From Escherichia coli (GTDB lineage Bacteria; Pseudomonadota; Gammaproteobacteria; Enterobacterales; Enterobacteriaceae): 64,000 bases of DNA. Below are positions 12,104 through 22,576 of the stretch, one piece after another. Both the position numbers and the translations under genes were made by a program. The number at the start of each line of letters is the position of its first letter. Position 1 is the first letter of the stretch. The stretch is taken from the NCBI RefSeq assembly GCF_022846255.1, contig NZ_AP025682.1. One strand, given 5' to 3'. The notes under the pieces are model-generated. The model made no database searches and was not told the origin of the DNA. It saw only the letters and a list, made by a program, of their open reading frames with translations.

Positions 12104-13219
12104 TTATAAAATGGCATCGTGAAGAGCGAGTTGATAATGCTGCAATGCATCAGCGTCCTGTCCAGCAGTTTCATAAATTTTGGCAATGTTATAATAGGAG
12201 TTAGCGCGCGTTGTCGCCGCATTTACCCCACTCGCTAACGAGATCGCTTTACGATTTGCCCAAATTGCTTCCGCTATGTTGCCATTTTTCTGATACGCCA
12301 GACCCAGGTTACTAAATGCCTGTCCGTAATTGCCGTCTAATTCTGTTGCCTGTTGGAAGAGTTGAATGGCTTGCTCAAGTTGACCGGTTTTATAAACAGC
12401 TTCACCTTCGCGATTATATTTTCTTGCCAGTTGAGTATCTCCACTGTTTTGCATCGCAGGCGAAGCCGGAGCTGAAGAGTCCGTCGCAGGCATTATCACA
12501 GTGGCTAAATCCCTGACGTCTAATGTGGTGTCGTTAAAATTGGCGCTGGTAACAGAGTTGATATCTTCAAACTCGCCGTTTGGATTGAGTTTAAACACGG
12601 TCCAGATGTTCCCTCGTTTTCCAGCAGGGACACTATAACTACGTACCAGGGAGCTCCCTACATAAACAAACACTCTTGCCTTACTGGCAGAGAGATAATT
12701 ACTGTTGGGCAACCCTTTATTGCTATAGTCCTGCACGGCATAGATGTAACTTTCACCAAAATGCTTTTTGCTGATAGTGACAGTTTCTGGTCCATAGCTA
12801 TCCGTATCATCAACATCCAGATTGGCATCAGTTCCCTCTTTACTATCAAAATAGATATGTCCGCCAGGGAAGATCAAATGCGAATCAAGATCAAAAGGCT
12901 TTTCGCCCCAGCTCAAAACTACACGCATGCCATCCAGATTCGTCATCACCGGACTGATAGCATAAGTCATGCCAGCGCACGGACATTTGACCACCAGATT
13001 GGAATACCCCTCTTTTTTGACGATTAATAGAGCATCTTTATTATCAGCAAATGAAGTCCCCAAACTAATGCTGCCCGAAGTATTTGTGGTTCCAGAAACA
13101 GATTGTGCGCCATTGCGTTGCAGCGTCATCGATGCTCCTTCAATGCGTTTATCTTTCACTGTCGCACTTAAAATATCGATATTTACATCGGCCGCATAAA
13201 CGTCCGAATTTATACCCAT
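12104..13219 (-). CDS. Hypothetical protein, probably exported: N-terminal beta-rich region (PEGA/carboxypeptidase-regulatory-like, then a region with DLDSHL and LDVDDTDSYGPE motifs), low-complexity linker, C-terminal TPR repeats. Possible N-terminal extension to 13267 with no canonical start
   Basis: 371-aa ORF in track; TPR-like helical repeats near C-terminus (AFSNLGLAYQKNGNIAEAI..., YYNIAKIYETAGQDADAL); in-frame upstream codons encode a signal-peptide-like KKKIVLPVALALMGINSDVYA-ADV. Confidence 0.7.
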   Translation of the reverse strand: MGINSDVYAADVNIDILSATVKDKRIEGASMTLQRNGAQSVSGTTNTSGSISLGTSFADNKDALLIVKKEGYSNLVVKCPCAGMTYAISPVMTNLDGMRVVLSWGEKPFDLDSHLIFPGGHIYFDSKEGTDANLDVDDTDSYGPETVTISKKHFGESYIYAVQDYSNKGLPNSNYLSASKARVFVYVGSSLVRSYSVPAGKRGNIWTVFKLNPNGEFEDINSVTSANFNDTTLDVRDLATVIMPATDSSAPASPAMQNSGDTQLARKYNREGEAVYKTGQLEQAIQLFQQATELDGNYGQAFSNLGLAYQKNGNIAEAIWANRKAISLASGVNAATTRANSYYNIAKIYETAGQDADALQHYQLALHDAIL

Positions 13220-13357
13220 CAGGGCCAGAGCAACCGGCAGAACAATTTTCTTCTTGTATAAATGCTTTTACAGAACGGAGAGGGGATATTTTGCCGGGCA
13301 TTATTGCGCAGAAGATGGGAAAAAAGCAGTGGGCAAACTTTTCAGATTAGTGCCCGA

Positions 13358-13458
13358 ATAAAAAAGGCCATCATAAGATGGCCAACCATGTCGAAACCGA
13401 CAGCCCTTCGCCCCTCCTGTAGAGGGAAGCGGCGAGGGCTATTTCTTATTACAGATAT
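13358..13458 (-). ncRNA. sdhX: sucD 3'-UTR, expected position of the 3'-UTR-derived sRNA SdhX (RybD), ending at the sucD terminator
   Basis: Region directly 3' of sucD stop on minus strand, ending in hairpin ggccatc-ataa-gatggcc plus U-run (13358-13383); SdhX is known to derive from the sucD 3'-UTR. The sRNA sequence itself was not checked from memory. Confidence 0.55.
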
Positions 13459-14328
13459 TTATTTCAGAACAGTTTTCAGTGCTTCACCGATATCCGCCAG
13501 GCTGCGAACGGTTTTCACGCCTGCGGCTTCCAGAGCAGCGAATTTCTCATCCGCAGTCCCTTTACCACCGGCAATGATCGCACCTGCGTGACCCATACGT
13601 TTGCCTTTCGGCGCAGTCACACCAGCGATGTAACCCACAACTGGCTTGGTAACGTGCTCCTTGATGTACGCCGCTGCTTCTTCTTCAGCGCTACCGCCGA
13701 TCTCACCGATCATCACGATCGCTTCGGTCTGCGGATCTTTTTCGAACATTTCGAGGATGTCGATAAAGTTAGAACCAGGGATCGGGTCGCCGCCGATACC
13801 GACACAGGTCGACTGACCGAAACCGTAATCCGTGGTCTGTTTAACCGCTTCATAGGTCAGCGTACCGGAACGGGAAACGATACCCACTTTACCCGGTTTG
13901 TGAATGTGACCCGGCTGGATACCGATTTTGCATTCCCCCGGGGTGATAACGCCTGGGCAGTTCGGGCCGATCATACGAACGCCTGCTTCATCCAGTTTCA
14001 CTTTCACCGTCAGCATATCCAGCGTCGGGATGCCTTCAGTGATGGTGATAATCAGTTTGATGCCTGCATCGATAGCTTCCAGAATGGAGTCTTTGCAGAA
14101 CGGTGCTGGTACGTAGATAACAGAGGCGGTAGCGCCAGTAGCAGCAACAGCTTCACGCACGGTGTTGAACACCGGCAGGCCGAGGTGGGTAGTACCGCCT
14201 TTACCTGGGGTTACGCCGCCAACCATTTTAGTGCCGTATGCAATGGCCTGCTCTGAGTGGAAAGTCCCCTGGCTACCGGTAAAGCCCTGGCAGATAACCT
14301 TGGTGTTTTTATCAATTAAAATGGACAT
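13459..14328 (-). CDS. sucD: Succinyl-CoA synthetase alpha subunit
   Basis: 289-aa [48 protein letters not shown]. Confidence 0.95.
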
Positions 14329-15494
14329 TATTTCCCCTCCACTGCGGCAACAACCTGCTGAGCTGCATCCGTCAGACCTTTTGCTGCAATAATATTCAGG
14401 CCGCTGTCAGCCAGTTTCTTCGCGCCGAGTTCGGCGTTGTTACCTTCCAGACGTACCACGACCGGTACGTTAACACCCACTTCTGCTACCGCGCCGATGA
14501 TACCGTCAGCGATCAGGTCGCAACGAACGATACCGCCGAAGATGTTAACCAGAACGGCTTTCACTTTGTCGTCAGAGAGGATGATTTTGAACGCTTCGGT
14601 TACACGTTCTTTGGTTGCGCCGCCGCCAACGTCCAGGAAGTTAGCCGGTTCGCCGCCGTGCAGTTTAACGATGTCCATCGTACCCATCGCCAGACCTGCG
14701 CCGTTAACCATACAACCGATGTTACCGTCCAGCGCAACGTAGTTCAGTTCCCACTGTGCAGCCTGTGCTTCACGCGGATCTTCCTGCGACTGGTCACGCA
14801 TTTCACGCAGATCAGGCTGGCGGAACAGTGCGTTGCCATCAGCGCCCAGTTTGCCGTCGAGGCAAATCAGATCGCCCTGTTTGGTAATAACCAGCGGGTT
14901 GATTTCGATAAGCGCAAGGTCGCGCTCCAGGAAAATGGTCGCCAGGCCCATGAAGATTTTGGTGAACTGCTGAACCAGTTTACCTTCCAGACCCAGTTTA
15001 AACGCCAGTTCGCGTCCCTGATACGGCATCGGGCCAGTCAGCGGATCAAGCGCAACTTTGTGGATCAGGTGCGGAGTTTCTTCCGCCACTTTTTCGATTT
15101 CCACGCCGCCTTCGGTGGAGGCCATAAAGACCACGCGACGGGAACTACGGTCAACAACGGCACCGAGATACAGCTCTTTAGCGATATCGGTCGCTGCTTC
15201 AACCAGAATCTGGTTAACCGGTTGGCCATTAGCATCTGTTTGATACGTTACCAGACGCTTGCCCAGCCAGTTTTCTGCAAAAGCACGGATGTCTTCTTTG
15301 CTGTTTACAACTTTCACACCGCCCGCTTTACCGCGGCCACCAGCGTGAACCTGACATTTCACTACCCACGGACCGGCACCGATTTTTGAAGCGGCTTCTT
15401 CTGCTTCGCGCGGAGTAGTACAGGCATAACCCACCGGTGCTGGTAAGCCATAGCGGGCAAAAAGTTGTTTTGCCTGATATTCATGTAAGTTCAT
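14328..15494 (-). CDS. sucC: Succinyl-CoA synthetase beta subunit
   Basis: 388-aa [23 protein letters not shown]. Confidence 0.95.
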
Positions 15495-15534
15495 GTGTTC
15501 TGTCCATCCTTCAGTAATCGTTATCTTTTAAACC

Positions 15535-15565
15535 GTAGACCGACACCCTATCCACGTCGGTCTAC
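15535..15565 (-). other. Intra-operon stem-loop in the sucB-sucC intergenic spacer (10-bp perfect stem)
   Basis: gtagaccgac / gtcggtctac with 11-nt loop, seen directly. Confidence 0.45.
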
Positions 15566-15587
15566 AGTGCAGGTGAAGCTTAAACTA

Positions 15588-16805
15588 CTAAACGTCCAGC
15601 AGCAGACGCGTCGGATCTTCCAGCAACTCTTTGATCGTTACAAGGAAGCCCACGGATTCGCGACCATCGATCAAACGGTGATCGTAGGACAGCGCCAGGT
15701 ACATCATCGGCAGGATCTCAACCTGACCATTCACTGCCATCGGACGATCTTTGATAGCGTGCATACCCAGAATTGCGCTCTGCGGTGGGTTGATGATAGG
15801 CGTTGACATCAGGGAACCGAACACACCACCGTTGGTGATGGTGAAGTTACCACCGGTCAGATCTTCAACCGTCAGCTTGCCGTCACGGCCTTTAACTGCC
15901 AGCTCTTTGATTTTCTTCTCGATGTCTGCCATGCCTAGGGTATCGACATCACGCAGTACTGGCGTCACCAGGCCGCGCGGCGTAGAAACCGCCATGCTGA
16001 CGTCGAAATAGTTGTGGTAAACCACATCATCGCCGTCGATAGACGCGTTCACTTCCGGGTAACGTTTCAGGGCTTCAACCACCGCTTTCACGTAGAAGGA
16101 CATAAAGCCCAGACGGATGCCATGACGTTTTTCAAACGCTTCACCGTACTGCTTACGCAGATCCATAATCGGCTTCATGTTGACTTCGTTGAACGTGGTC
16201 AGCATAGCGGTGGAGTTTTTCGCTTCCAGCAGACGCTCTGCCACACGCTTACGCAGGCGAGTCATCGGGACACGTTTTTCGCTACGTGCAGCCAGAGCCG
16301 GTTGCGCCGCCGGAGCAGCCGCTGCCGGAGCAGACTCTTTCGCCGGGGCTTTCGCCAGATGTTTTTCCACATCTTCACGGGTCAGACGACCACCCACACC
16401 CGTGCCTTTAATAGCGCTGGCGTCGAGGTTATGTTCAGCCAGCAGGCGACGGATCGCCGGGCTTAACGCATCGTTGTTTTGCTCTTCCAGAGACGCCTGC
16501 TGGCGTTGCGCCGGAGTGGACGCTTTCTCTTCAGATTTGGCGCTGGTTTCTTTACCCGCGCTGTTGCCTTCACGCAGGCGACCAAGGATCTGACGAGACG
16601 TTACCGTTGTACCTTCATCTTCCAGAACCGCATCCAGAATGCCGTCTGCTGATGCCGGTACTTCCAGTACCACTTTGTCAGTTTCGATTTCTACCAGCAC
16701 TTCATCACGTACGACTGCGTCGCCGGGTTTTTTATGCCAGGTTGCGACGGTGGCATCGGCTACGGATTCAGGCAGGTCAGGGACCAGAATATCTACGCTA
16801 CTCAT
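15588..16805 (-). CDS. sucB: 2-oxoglutarate dehydrogenase E2 (dihydrolipoyl succinyltransferase)
   Basis: 405-aa ORF with lipoyl domain and Ala/Pro linker. Confidence 0.95.
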
Positions 16806-16819
16806 TGTGTATCCTTTAT

Positions 16820-19621
16820 TTATTCGACGTTCAGCGCGTCATTAACCAGATCTTGTTGCTGTTTCTGGTGAACGGACATATACCCTACCGCCGGAGAGGC
16901 GGAGGCTGGGCGGCCTGCATAACGCAGAGAAGCCCCAAACGGAATCACTTCACGGAAATGATGCTGGCTGCAGTACCATGCGCCCTGGTTGAGCGGCTCT
17001 TCCTGGCACCAGACAAAATCCTTGACGTGAGCAAACTGCTGCAACACTTCCTGCATCGCTTTATGCGGGAACGGGTAGAGTTGCTCGATACGCACAATGG
17101 CGACATCGTGTTGATTGTTCTTACGACGTTGTTCCAGCAGGTCGTAATAAACCTTACCAGAACACATCACTACGCGCTTCACGCCCTTCGGATCAAGCTC
17201 GTCGATTTCACCGATGGCTGGCAGGAAGGTGCCGTTCGCCAGTTCTTCGAGGCTGGATACCGCCAGCGGATGACGCAGCAGGGATTTCGGCGACATCACG
17301 ACCAGTGGACGACGCATCCCGCGCAACGCCTGACGACGCAGCATGTGGTAAACCTGTGCCGGGGTAGAAGGTACGCAAACCTGCATGTTTTGCTCAGCGC
17401 AAAGTTGCAGATAACGTTCCAGACGCGCGGAGGAGTGCTCCGGCCCCTGCCCTTCGTAACCGTGCGGCAGCAACATCACCAGGCCACACATCCGGCCCCA
17501 TTTCTGTTCGCCAGAGGAGATGAACTGGTCGATAACCACCTGTGCACCGTTGGCGAAGTCACCGAACTGTGCTTCCCAGATGGTCAGGGTACGTGGTTCT
17601 GCGGTGGCATAACCGTATTCAAACGCCAGTACGGCTTCTTCAGACAGTACAGAGTCCCAGACGCGGAACGCGCCCTGGCCGTTATGGATATGTTGCAGCG
17701 GCGTGTAAGTGGAACCGTTAGACTGGTTGTGGATCACCGCGTGGCGGTGGAAGAAGGTACCGCGACCGGAGTCTTCACCCGACAGGCGAACCGGAATGCC
17801 TTCGTCAACCAGCGTGGCGTAAGCGAGGTTTTCCGCGCCGCCCCAGTCGAACAGTTTCTCACCGGCAGCCATTGCCTGGCGATCGCCATAAATCTTGGCA
17901 ACGCGAGACTGCATTTCAACCGCTTCCGGCACCGTGCTGATGCGTTTAGCCAGTTCCTGCAGGCGCTTCATCTCAACTTTGTTCGGGTACTCTTCGTCCC
18001 ATTCGTGGTTGAGGTACGGCGACCAGGTGAAAGAGTGCATGTTCATCGGACGCCACTCTGCTACAACGCAATCGCCAGCATCCAGCGCATCGCGGTACAG
18101 GTTAACCATCTCGGTGGCATCTTCCAGCGTCGCGACTTTTTCCTGCTCCAGCTTGTCAGCGTAGATTTTGCGCGGCGTCGGATGTTTTTTGATTTTCTGA
18201 TACATCAGCGGCTGGGTTGCGCTCGGCTCGTCGGCTTCGTTGTGGCCGTGACGGCGGTAGCACACCAGATCGATGAAGACATCACGTTTAAAGGTGTTAC
18301 GGAAATCGAGCGCCAGACGGGTCACAAAGGCAACGGCTTCCGGATCATCCGCATTAACGTGGAAAATCGGTGCCTGTACCATCTTGCCGATATCAGTACA
18401 GTACGGCGTAGAACGGGCATCCAGCGGGTTAGAGGTGGTGAAGCCAACCTGGTTGTTGATAACGATACGTACCGTACCGCCAACTTCATAACCACGCGCT
18501 TTCGACATGTTCAGGGTTTCCTGAACTACGCCCTGCCCGGTCACTGCGGCGTCACCATGAATGGTGATTGGCAGCACTTTGTTGCTGCTCGGCTCATCAA
18601 GTCTGTCCAGACGGGCACGAACAGAACCGATAACGACCGGGCTTACAATCTCAAGGTGAGACGGGTTAAACGCCAGCGCCAGGTGAACCAGGCCGCCATC
18701 GGTCTGGAAGTCAGACGAGAAGCCCATGTGGTATTTCACGTCGCCCGTGCCGAGGTGTTCTTTATGTTTACCGGCAAACTCGTCGAACAAGTCTTGCGGT
18801 TTTTTACCCAGCACGTTCACCAGAACGTTCAGACGACCACGGTGCGCCATCCCGAGAACCACTTCGCGTGTGCCGCTGTTGCCAGCGTGGCGGATCATCT
18901 CTTTAAGCATCGGGATTAACGCGTCACCGCCTTCCAGCGAGAAGCGTTTTGCGCCAGGGAATTTTGCGCCAAGGTAACGTTCAAGGCCTTCAGCGGCGGT
19001 CAGTTCGCTTAAGAAGCGTTTTTTCTCTTCGCTATTGAAAGTCGCGCGACCAGACTCAATACGCTGTTGGATCCAGCGTTTTTCTTCAGTGCTGGTAATG
19101 TGCATATACTCGGCACCAATCGGGCCGCAGTAGGTTTGCTTGAGTGCTTCCAGCAGTTCGCCGAGTTTCATGGTTTCTTTGCCGCTGGCAAATGAACCGA
19201 CGTTGAAGGTCTCCTGGAAGTCTGCTTCGGTCAGATCGTGGAAAGACGGATCCAGATCGGCCACTTTATCTTGCTGCCACAGTCCCAGCGGATCGAGATT
19301 CGCATGCTGGTGACCACGGAAGCGGTATGCGTTAATGAGCTGCAGGACTTTAACCTGCTTCACATTGGTGTCAGGGTCGGAGATCGTTGAAGAGTAACGT
19401 GAAGCGTCTTTCGCCAGGCGGCGGAAATATTCACGCGTTTGAGAGTGGAATTGATCCGGTTTGACTCCCGTACCAGGTAACTGCTGGAACGTCGAACGCC
19501 AGTTAGCGTCAACCGAGTCAGGATCGGTTAAGAAGTCTTCATAGAGCTGTTCTATCCAGCTCTGGTTTGCGCCAGAGAGGTAAGAAGAGTCCAACCAGGC
19601 TTTCAAAGCGCTGTTCTGCAT
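16820..19621 (-). CDS. sucA: 2-oxoglutarate dehydrogenase E1
   Basis: 933-aa [37 protein letters not shown]. Confidence 0.95.
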   Translation of the reverse strand: MQNSALKAWLDSSYLSGANQSWIEQLYEDFLTDPDSVDANWRSTFQQLPGTGVKPDQFHSQTREYFRRLAKDASRYSSTISDPDTNVKQVKVLQLINAYRFRGHQHANLDPLGLWQQDKVADLDPSFHDLTEADFQETFNVGSFASGKETMKLGELLEALKQTYCGPIGAEYMHITSTEEKRWIQQRIESGRATFNSEEKKRFLSELTAAEGLERYLGAKFPGAKRFSLEGGDALIPMLKEMIRHAGNSGTREVVLGMAHRGRLNVLVNVLGKKPQDLFDEFAGKHKEHLGTGDVKYHMGFSSDFQTDGGLVHLALAFNPSHLEIVSPVVIGSVRARLDRLDEPSSNKVLPITIHGDAAVTGQGVVQETLNMSKARGYEVGGTVRIVINNQVGFTTSNPLDARSTPYCTDIGKMVQAPIFHVNADDPEAVAFVTRLALDFRNTFKRDVFIDLVCYRRHGHNEADEPSATQPLMYQKIKKHPTPRKIYADKLEQEKVATLEDATEMVNLYRDALDAGDCVVAEWRPMNMHSFTWSPYLNHEWDEEYPNKVEMKRLQELAKRISTVPEAVEMQSRVAKIYGDRQAMAAGEKLFDWGGAENLAYATLVDEGIPVRLSGEDSGRGTFFHRHAVIHNQSNGSTYTPLQHIHNGQGAFRVWDSVLSEEAVLAFEYGYATAEPRTLTIWEAQFGDFANGAQVVIDQFISSGEQKWGRMCGLVMLLPHGYEGQGPEHSSARLERYLQLCAEQNMQVCVPSTPAQVYHMLRRQALRGMRRPLVVMSPKSLLRHPLAVSSLEELANGTFLPAIGEIDELDPKGVKRVVMCSGKVYYDLLEQRRKNNQHDVAIVRIEQLYPFPHKAMQEVLQQFAHVKDFVWCQEEPLNQGAWYCSQHHFREVIPFGASLRYAGRPASASPAVGYMSVHQKQQQDLVNDALNVE

Positions 19622-19794
19622 CGTGATCCCTTAAGCATCTTTTTTATGCTTACTTCGCCGTGGATACTACCACGCACATTTCATATCTGATGTGCGTGCC
19701 GGGGTTCACTTGTTGCGGACTTGTCGTGTTTTCTGCGTCCGCTAAGGAACCTTTAAAAACTGTCTTAGTGTCAGGGGCAGTTTTTAAAGATTTC

Positions 19795-20075
19795 CTGCAT
19801 TTCTTTTGTAGGCCGGATAAGGCATTCACGCCGCATCCGGCGCTGTTTGCCTGATGCGACGCTTGCGCGTCTTATCAGGCCTACGGTTTCTGCATTTCTT
19901 TTGTAGGCCGGATAAGGCGTTCACGCCGCATCCGGCACTGGTTGCCTGATGCGACGCTTGTGCGTCTTATCAGGCCTACGGTTTCTGCATTTCTTTTGTA
20001 GGCCGGATAAGGCGTTCACGCCGCATCCGGCACTGGTTGCCTGATGCGACGCTTGCGCGTCTTATCAGGCCTACG
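19795..20075. repeat. Three tandem REP/BIME-type palindromic units between sucA and sdhB
   Basis: Near-identical ~98-bp units containing gccggataaggcgttcacgccgcatccggc and gatgcgacgcttgcgcgtcttatcaggcctac. Confidence 0.85.
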
Positions 20076-20077
20076 GT

Positions 20078-20794
20078 TTACGCATTACGTTGCAACAACA
20101 TCGACTTGATATGGCCGATGGCGCGCGTCGGGTTCAGCCCCTTCGGACATACACTGACGCAGTTCATGATGCTGTGACAGCGGAATACACTGAATGCATC
20201 GCTCAAACCGTCGAGGCGGCTGTCAGTCTCGGTATCACGGCTATCGATCAGGAAACGATATGCCGCTAACAAGCCTGCCGGGCCGATAAACTTATCGGGA
20301 TTCCACCAGAAAGACGGACAAGAGGTTGAACAACATGCGCAGAGAATACATTCATACAACCCGTCGAGTTTTTCGCGCTGCTCTGGCATCTGTAAATGCT
20401 CGCGAGCTGGCGGATTTTGTCCATTATTCAACAGGTAAGGTTTAATTTTCTCATATTGCGCATAGAATTGTCCCATGTCTACCACCAAATCGCGGATCAC
20501 CGGTAAACCTGGCAGCGGGCGAATCACAATCTTCTTGCCCGGCTGGTTGAGTGCCGAAATCGGGGTAATACAGGCCAGACCATTCTTACCGTTCATGTTC
20601 AGACCGTCGGAACCGCACACACCTTCACGGCAGGAGCGGCGGAACGACAGGCTGGGATCTTTCTCTTTCAGCTGAATAAGCGCATCCAGCAGCATCATGT
20701 CGCGACCTTCTTCCGCTTCCAGGGTGTAATCCTGCATACGCGGAGCATCATCAACATCCGGGTTATAGCGATAAATTGAAAACTCGAGTCTCAT
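20078..20794 (-). CDS. sdhB: Succinate dehydrogenase iron-sulfur subunit
   Basis: 238-aa ORF with Cys clusters. Confidence 0.95.
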   Translation of the reverse strand: MRLEFSIYRYNPDVDDAPRMQDYTLEAEEGRDMMLLDALIQLKEKDPSLSFRRSCREGVCGSDGLNMNGKNGLACITPISALNQPGKKIVIRPLPGLPVIRDLVVDMGQFYAQYEKIKPYLLNNGQNPPAREHLQMPEQREKLDGLYECILCACCSTSCPSFWWNPDKFIGPAGLLAAYRFLIDSRDTETDSRLDGLSDAFSVFRCHSIMNCVSVCPKGLNPTRAIGHIKSMLLQRNA

Positions 20795-20809
20795 TTTCCT
20801 GTCTCCGCA

Positions 20810-22576
20810 TTAGTAAGTACGAATCTTCGGCGGGAATGCCGGGCGCAGTTTCGGTTCCATGTTGACGCTTCGGCGCGTCATGGATTCCGACTCTGGCAGA
20901 TACAGGGAGTGGCACAGCCAGTTTTCATCATCGCGATCCGGGAAGTCGAAGCGGCTATGCGCGCCACGGCTTTCGGTACGGAAGTTGGCAGAAACAGCCG
21001 TTGCATACGCCGTTTCCATCAGGTTATCCAGTTCCAGGCACTCAACGCGCTGCGTGTTGAACTCGCTGGAAGTGTCATCCAGACGGGCATTTTTCAGACG
21101 CTCGCGGATAACTTTCAACTGCTCAAGCCCTTTCGCCATCGCATCACCTTCACGGAAGACCGAGAAGTTATGCTGCATACATTCTTGCAGTGCTTTACGG
21201 ATCGCCACCGGATCTTCACCGTTACGGTTATTGTTCCAGCGGTTCAGGCGATCCAGAGACGCTTCTACATCAGACTCGCTGGCATCGCGCAGTGCGCCCT
21301 GCTCGGCGATAGACTCTTGCAGATGCAGACCTGCCGCACGACCAAATACGACCAGGTCCAGCAGCGAGTTGCCGCCCAGACGGTTAGCGCCATGTACCGA
21401 TACACAAGCGATTTCACCAACGGCAAACAGCCCCGGAACAACCACATCTTCGCCTTTCTCATTCACCGTCAGCGCCTGACCGGTCACTTTGGTCGGAATA
21501 CCGCCCATCATGTAGTGACAGGTTGGGATAACCGGAATCGGCTCTTTCACCGGATCGACGTGAGCGAAGGTACGGGAGAGTTCCAGAATACCCGGCAGAC
21601 GGGATTCGAGAACTTCTTTCCCCAGATGGTCAAGTTTCAGTTTTGCGTGTGGCCCCCACGGACCATCACAACCGCGACCTTCACGGATTTCGATCATGAT
21701 GGAACGCGCCACCACGTCACGGCCCGCCAGGTCTTTGGCGTTCGGCGCATAACGTTCCATAAAGCGTTCGCCATGTTTGTTCAGCAGATAACCGCCTTCA
21801 CCACGGCAACCTTCGGTGACCAGTACGCCCGCACCGGCAATACCGGTCGGGTGGAACTGCCACATTTCCATATCCTGTACCGGTACGCCTGCACGGATAG
21901 CCATGCCGACACCGTCGCCAGTGTTAATGTGGGCGTTAGTGGTGGACTGATAAATACGCCCTGCCCCGCCAGTCGCCAGCACTGTCGCGCGAGCTTTAAA
22001 GTAAACCACTTCACCAGTTTCGATGCACAGTGCGGTACAACCGACCACTGCGCCATCCTGGTTTTTCACCAGATCCAGCGCATACCACTCGGAGAAAATG
22101 GTGGTGTGGTTTTTCAGGTTCTGCTGATAAAGGGTGTGCAACAGTGCGTGACCGGTACGGTCGGCAGCCGCCGCAGTACGTGCCGCCTGCTCGCCGCCGA
22201 AGTTTTTCGACTGACCGCCAAACGGACGTTGATAGATACGACCATCATCAAGACGCGAGAACGGCAGGCCCATATGTTCCAGTTCCAGAATCGCTTCCGG
22301 CCCGGTTTTACACATATATTCAATCGCGTCCTGGTCACCGATATAGTCCGACCCTTTTACGGTGTCGTACATATGCCATTCCCAGTTATCTTCATGGGTA
22401 TTACCCAGCGCAACGGTAATACCACCTTGCGCAGAAACGGTATGGGAACGGGTCGGGAAGACTTTAGAGAGCAGCGCACAGGTCTGGCCACTCTGGGAAA
22501 TTTGCAGCGCCGCGCGCATACCTGCGCCGCCAGCACCAATCACAACTGCATCAAATTCTCTGACTGGCAATTTCAT
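20810..22576 (-). CDS. sdhA: Succinate dehydrogenase flavoprotein subunit
   Basis: Start taken at [19 protein letters not shown] (FAD motif); ATG overlaps sdhD stop. Confidence 0.95.
   Translation of the reverse strand: MKLPVREFDAVVIGAGGAGMRAALQISQSGQTCALLSKVFPTRSHTVSAQGGITVALGNTHEDNWEWHMYDTVKGSDYIGDQDAIEYMCKTGPEAILELEHMGLPFSRLDDGRIYQRPFGGQSKNFGGEQAARTAAAADRTGHALLHTLYQQNLKNHTTIFSEWYALDLVKNQDGAVVGCTALCIETGEVVYFKARATVLATGGAGRIYQSTTNAHINTGDGVGMAIRAGVPVQDMEMWQFHPTGIAGAGVLVTEGCRGEGGYLLNKHGERFMERYAPNAKDLAGRDVVARSIMIEIREGRGCDGPWGPHAKLKLDHLGKEVLESRLPGILELSRTFAHVDPVKEPIPVIPTCHYMMGGIPTKVTGQALTVNEKGEDVVVPGLFAVGEIACVSVHGANRLGGNSLLDLVVFGRAAGLHLQESIAEQGALRDASESDVEASLDRLNRWNNNRNGEDPVAIRKALQECMQHNFSVFREGDAMAKGLEQLKVIRERLKNARLDDTSSEFNTQRVECLELDNLMETAYATAVSANFRTESRGAHSRFDFPDRDDENWLCHSLYLPESESMTRRSVNMEPKLRPAFPPKIRTY

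Noticed and set aside
12316-13591. Several 60-110-codon plus-strand ORFs overlapping the TPR gene and sucD 3' end
   Set aside because: Antisense or alternative-frame overlaps of better-supported minus-strand genes.
16607-18919. 770-codon plus-strand ORF
   Set aside because: Lies entirely antisense within sucA, whose minus-strand translation matches 2-oxoglutarate dehydrogenase E1. Long antisense ORFs are a common artefact of codon bias; the product is Arg/His/Val-rich with no recognisable domain.
19795-20075. Possible CRISPR array (regularly spaced palindromic repeats)
   Set aside because: The units are REP/BIME palindromes with conserved rather than unique spacers; there is no leader and no cas genes. 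No CRISPR array found anywhere in the window.
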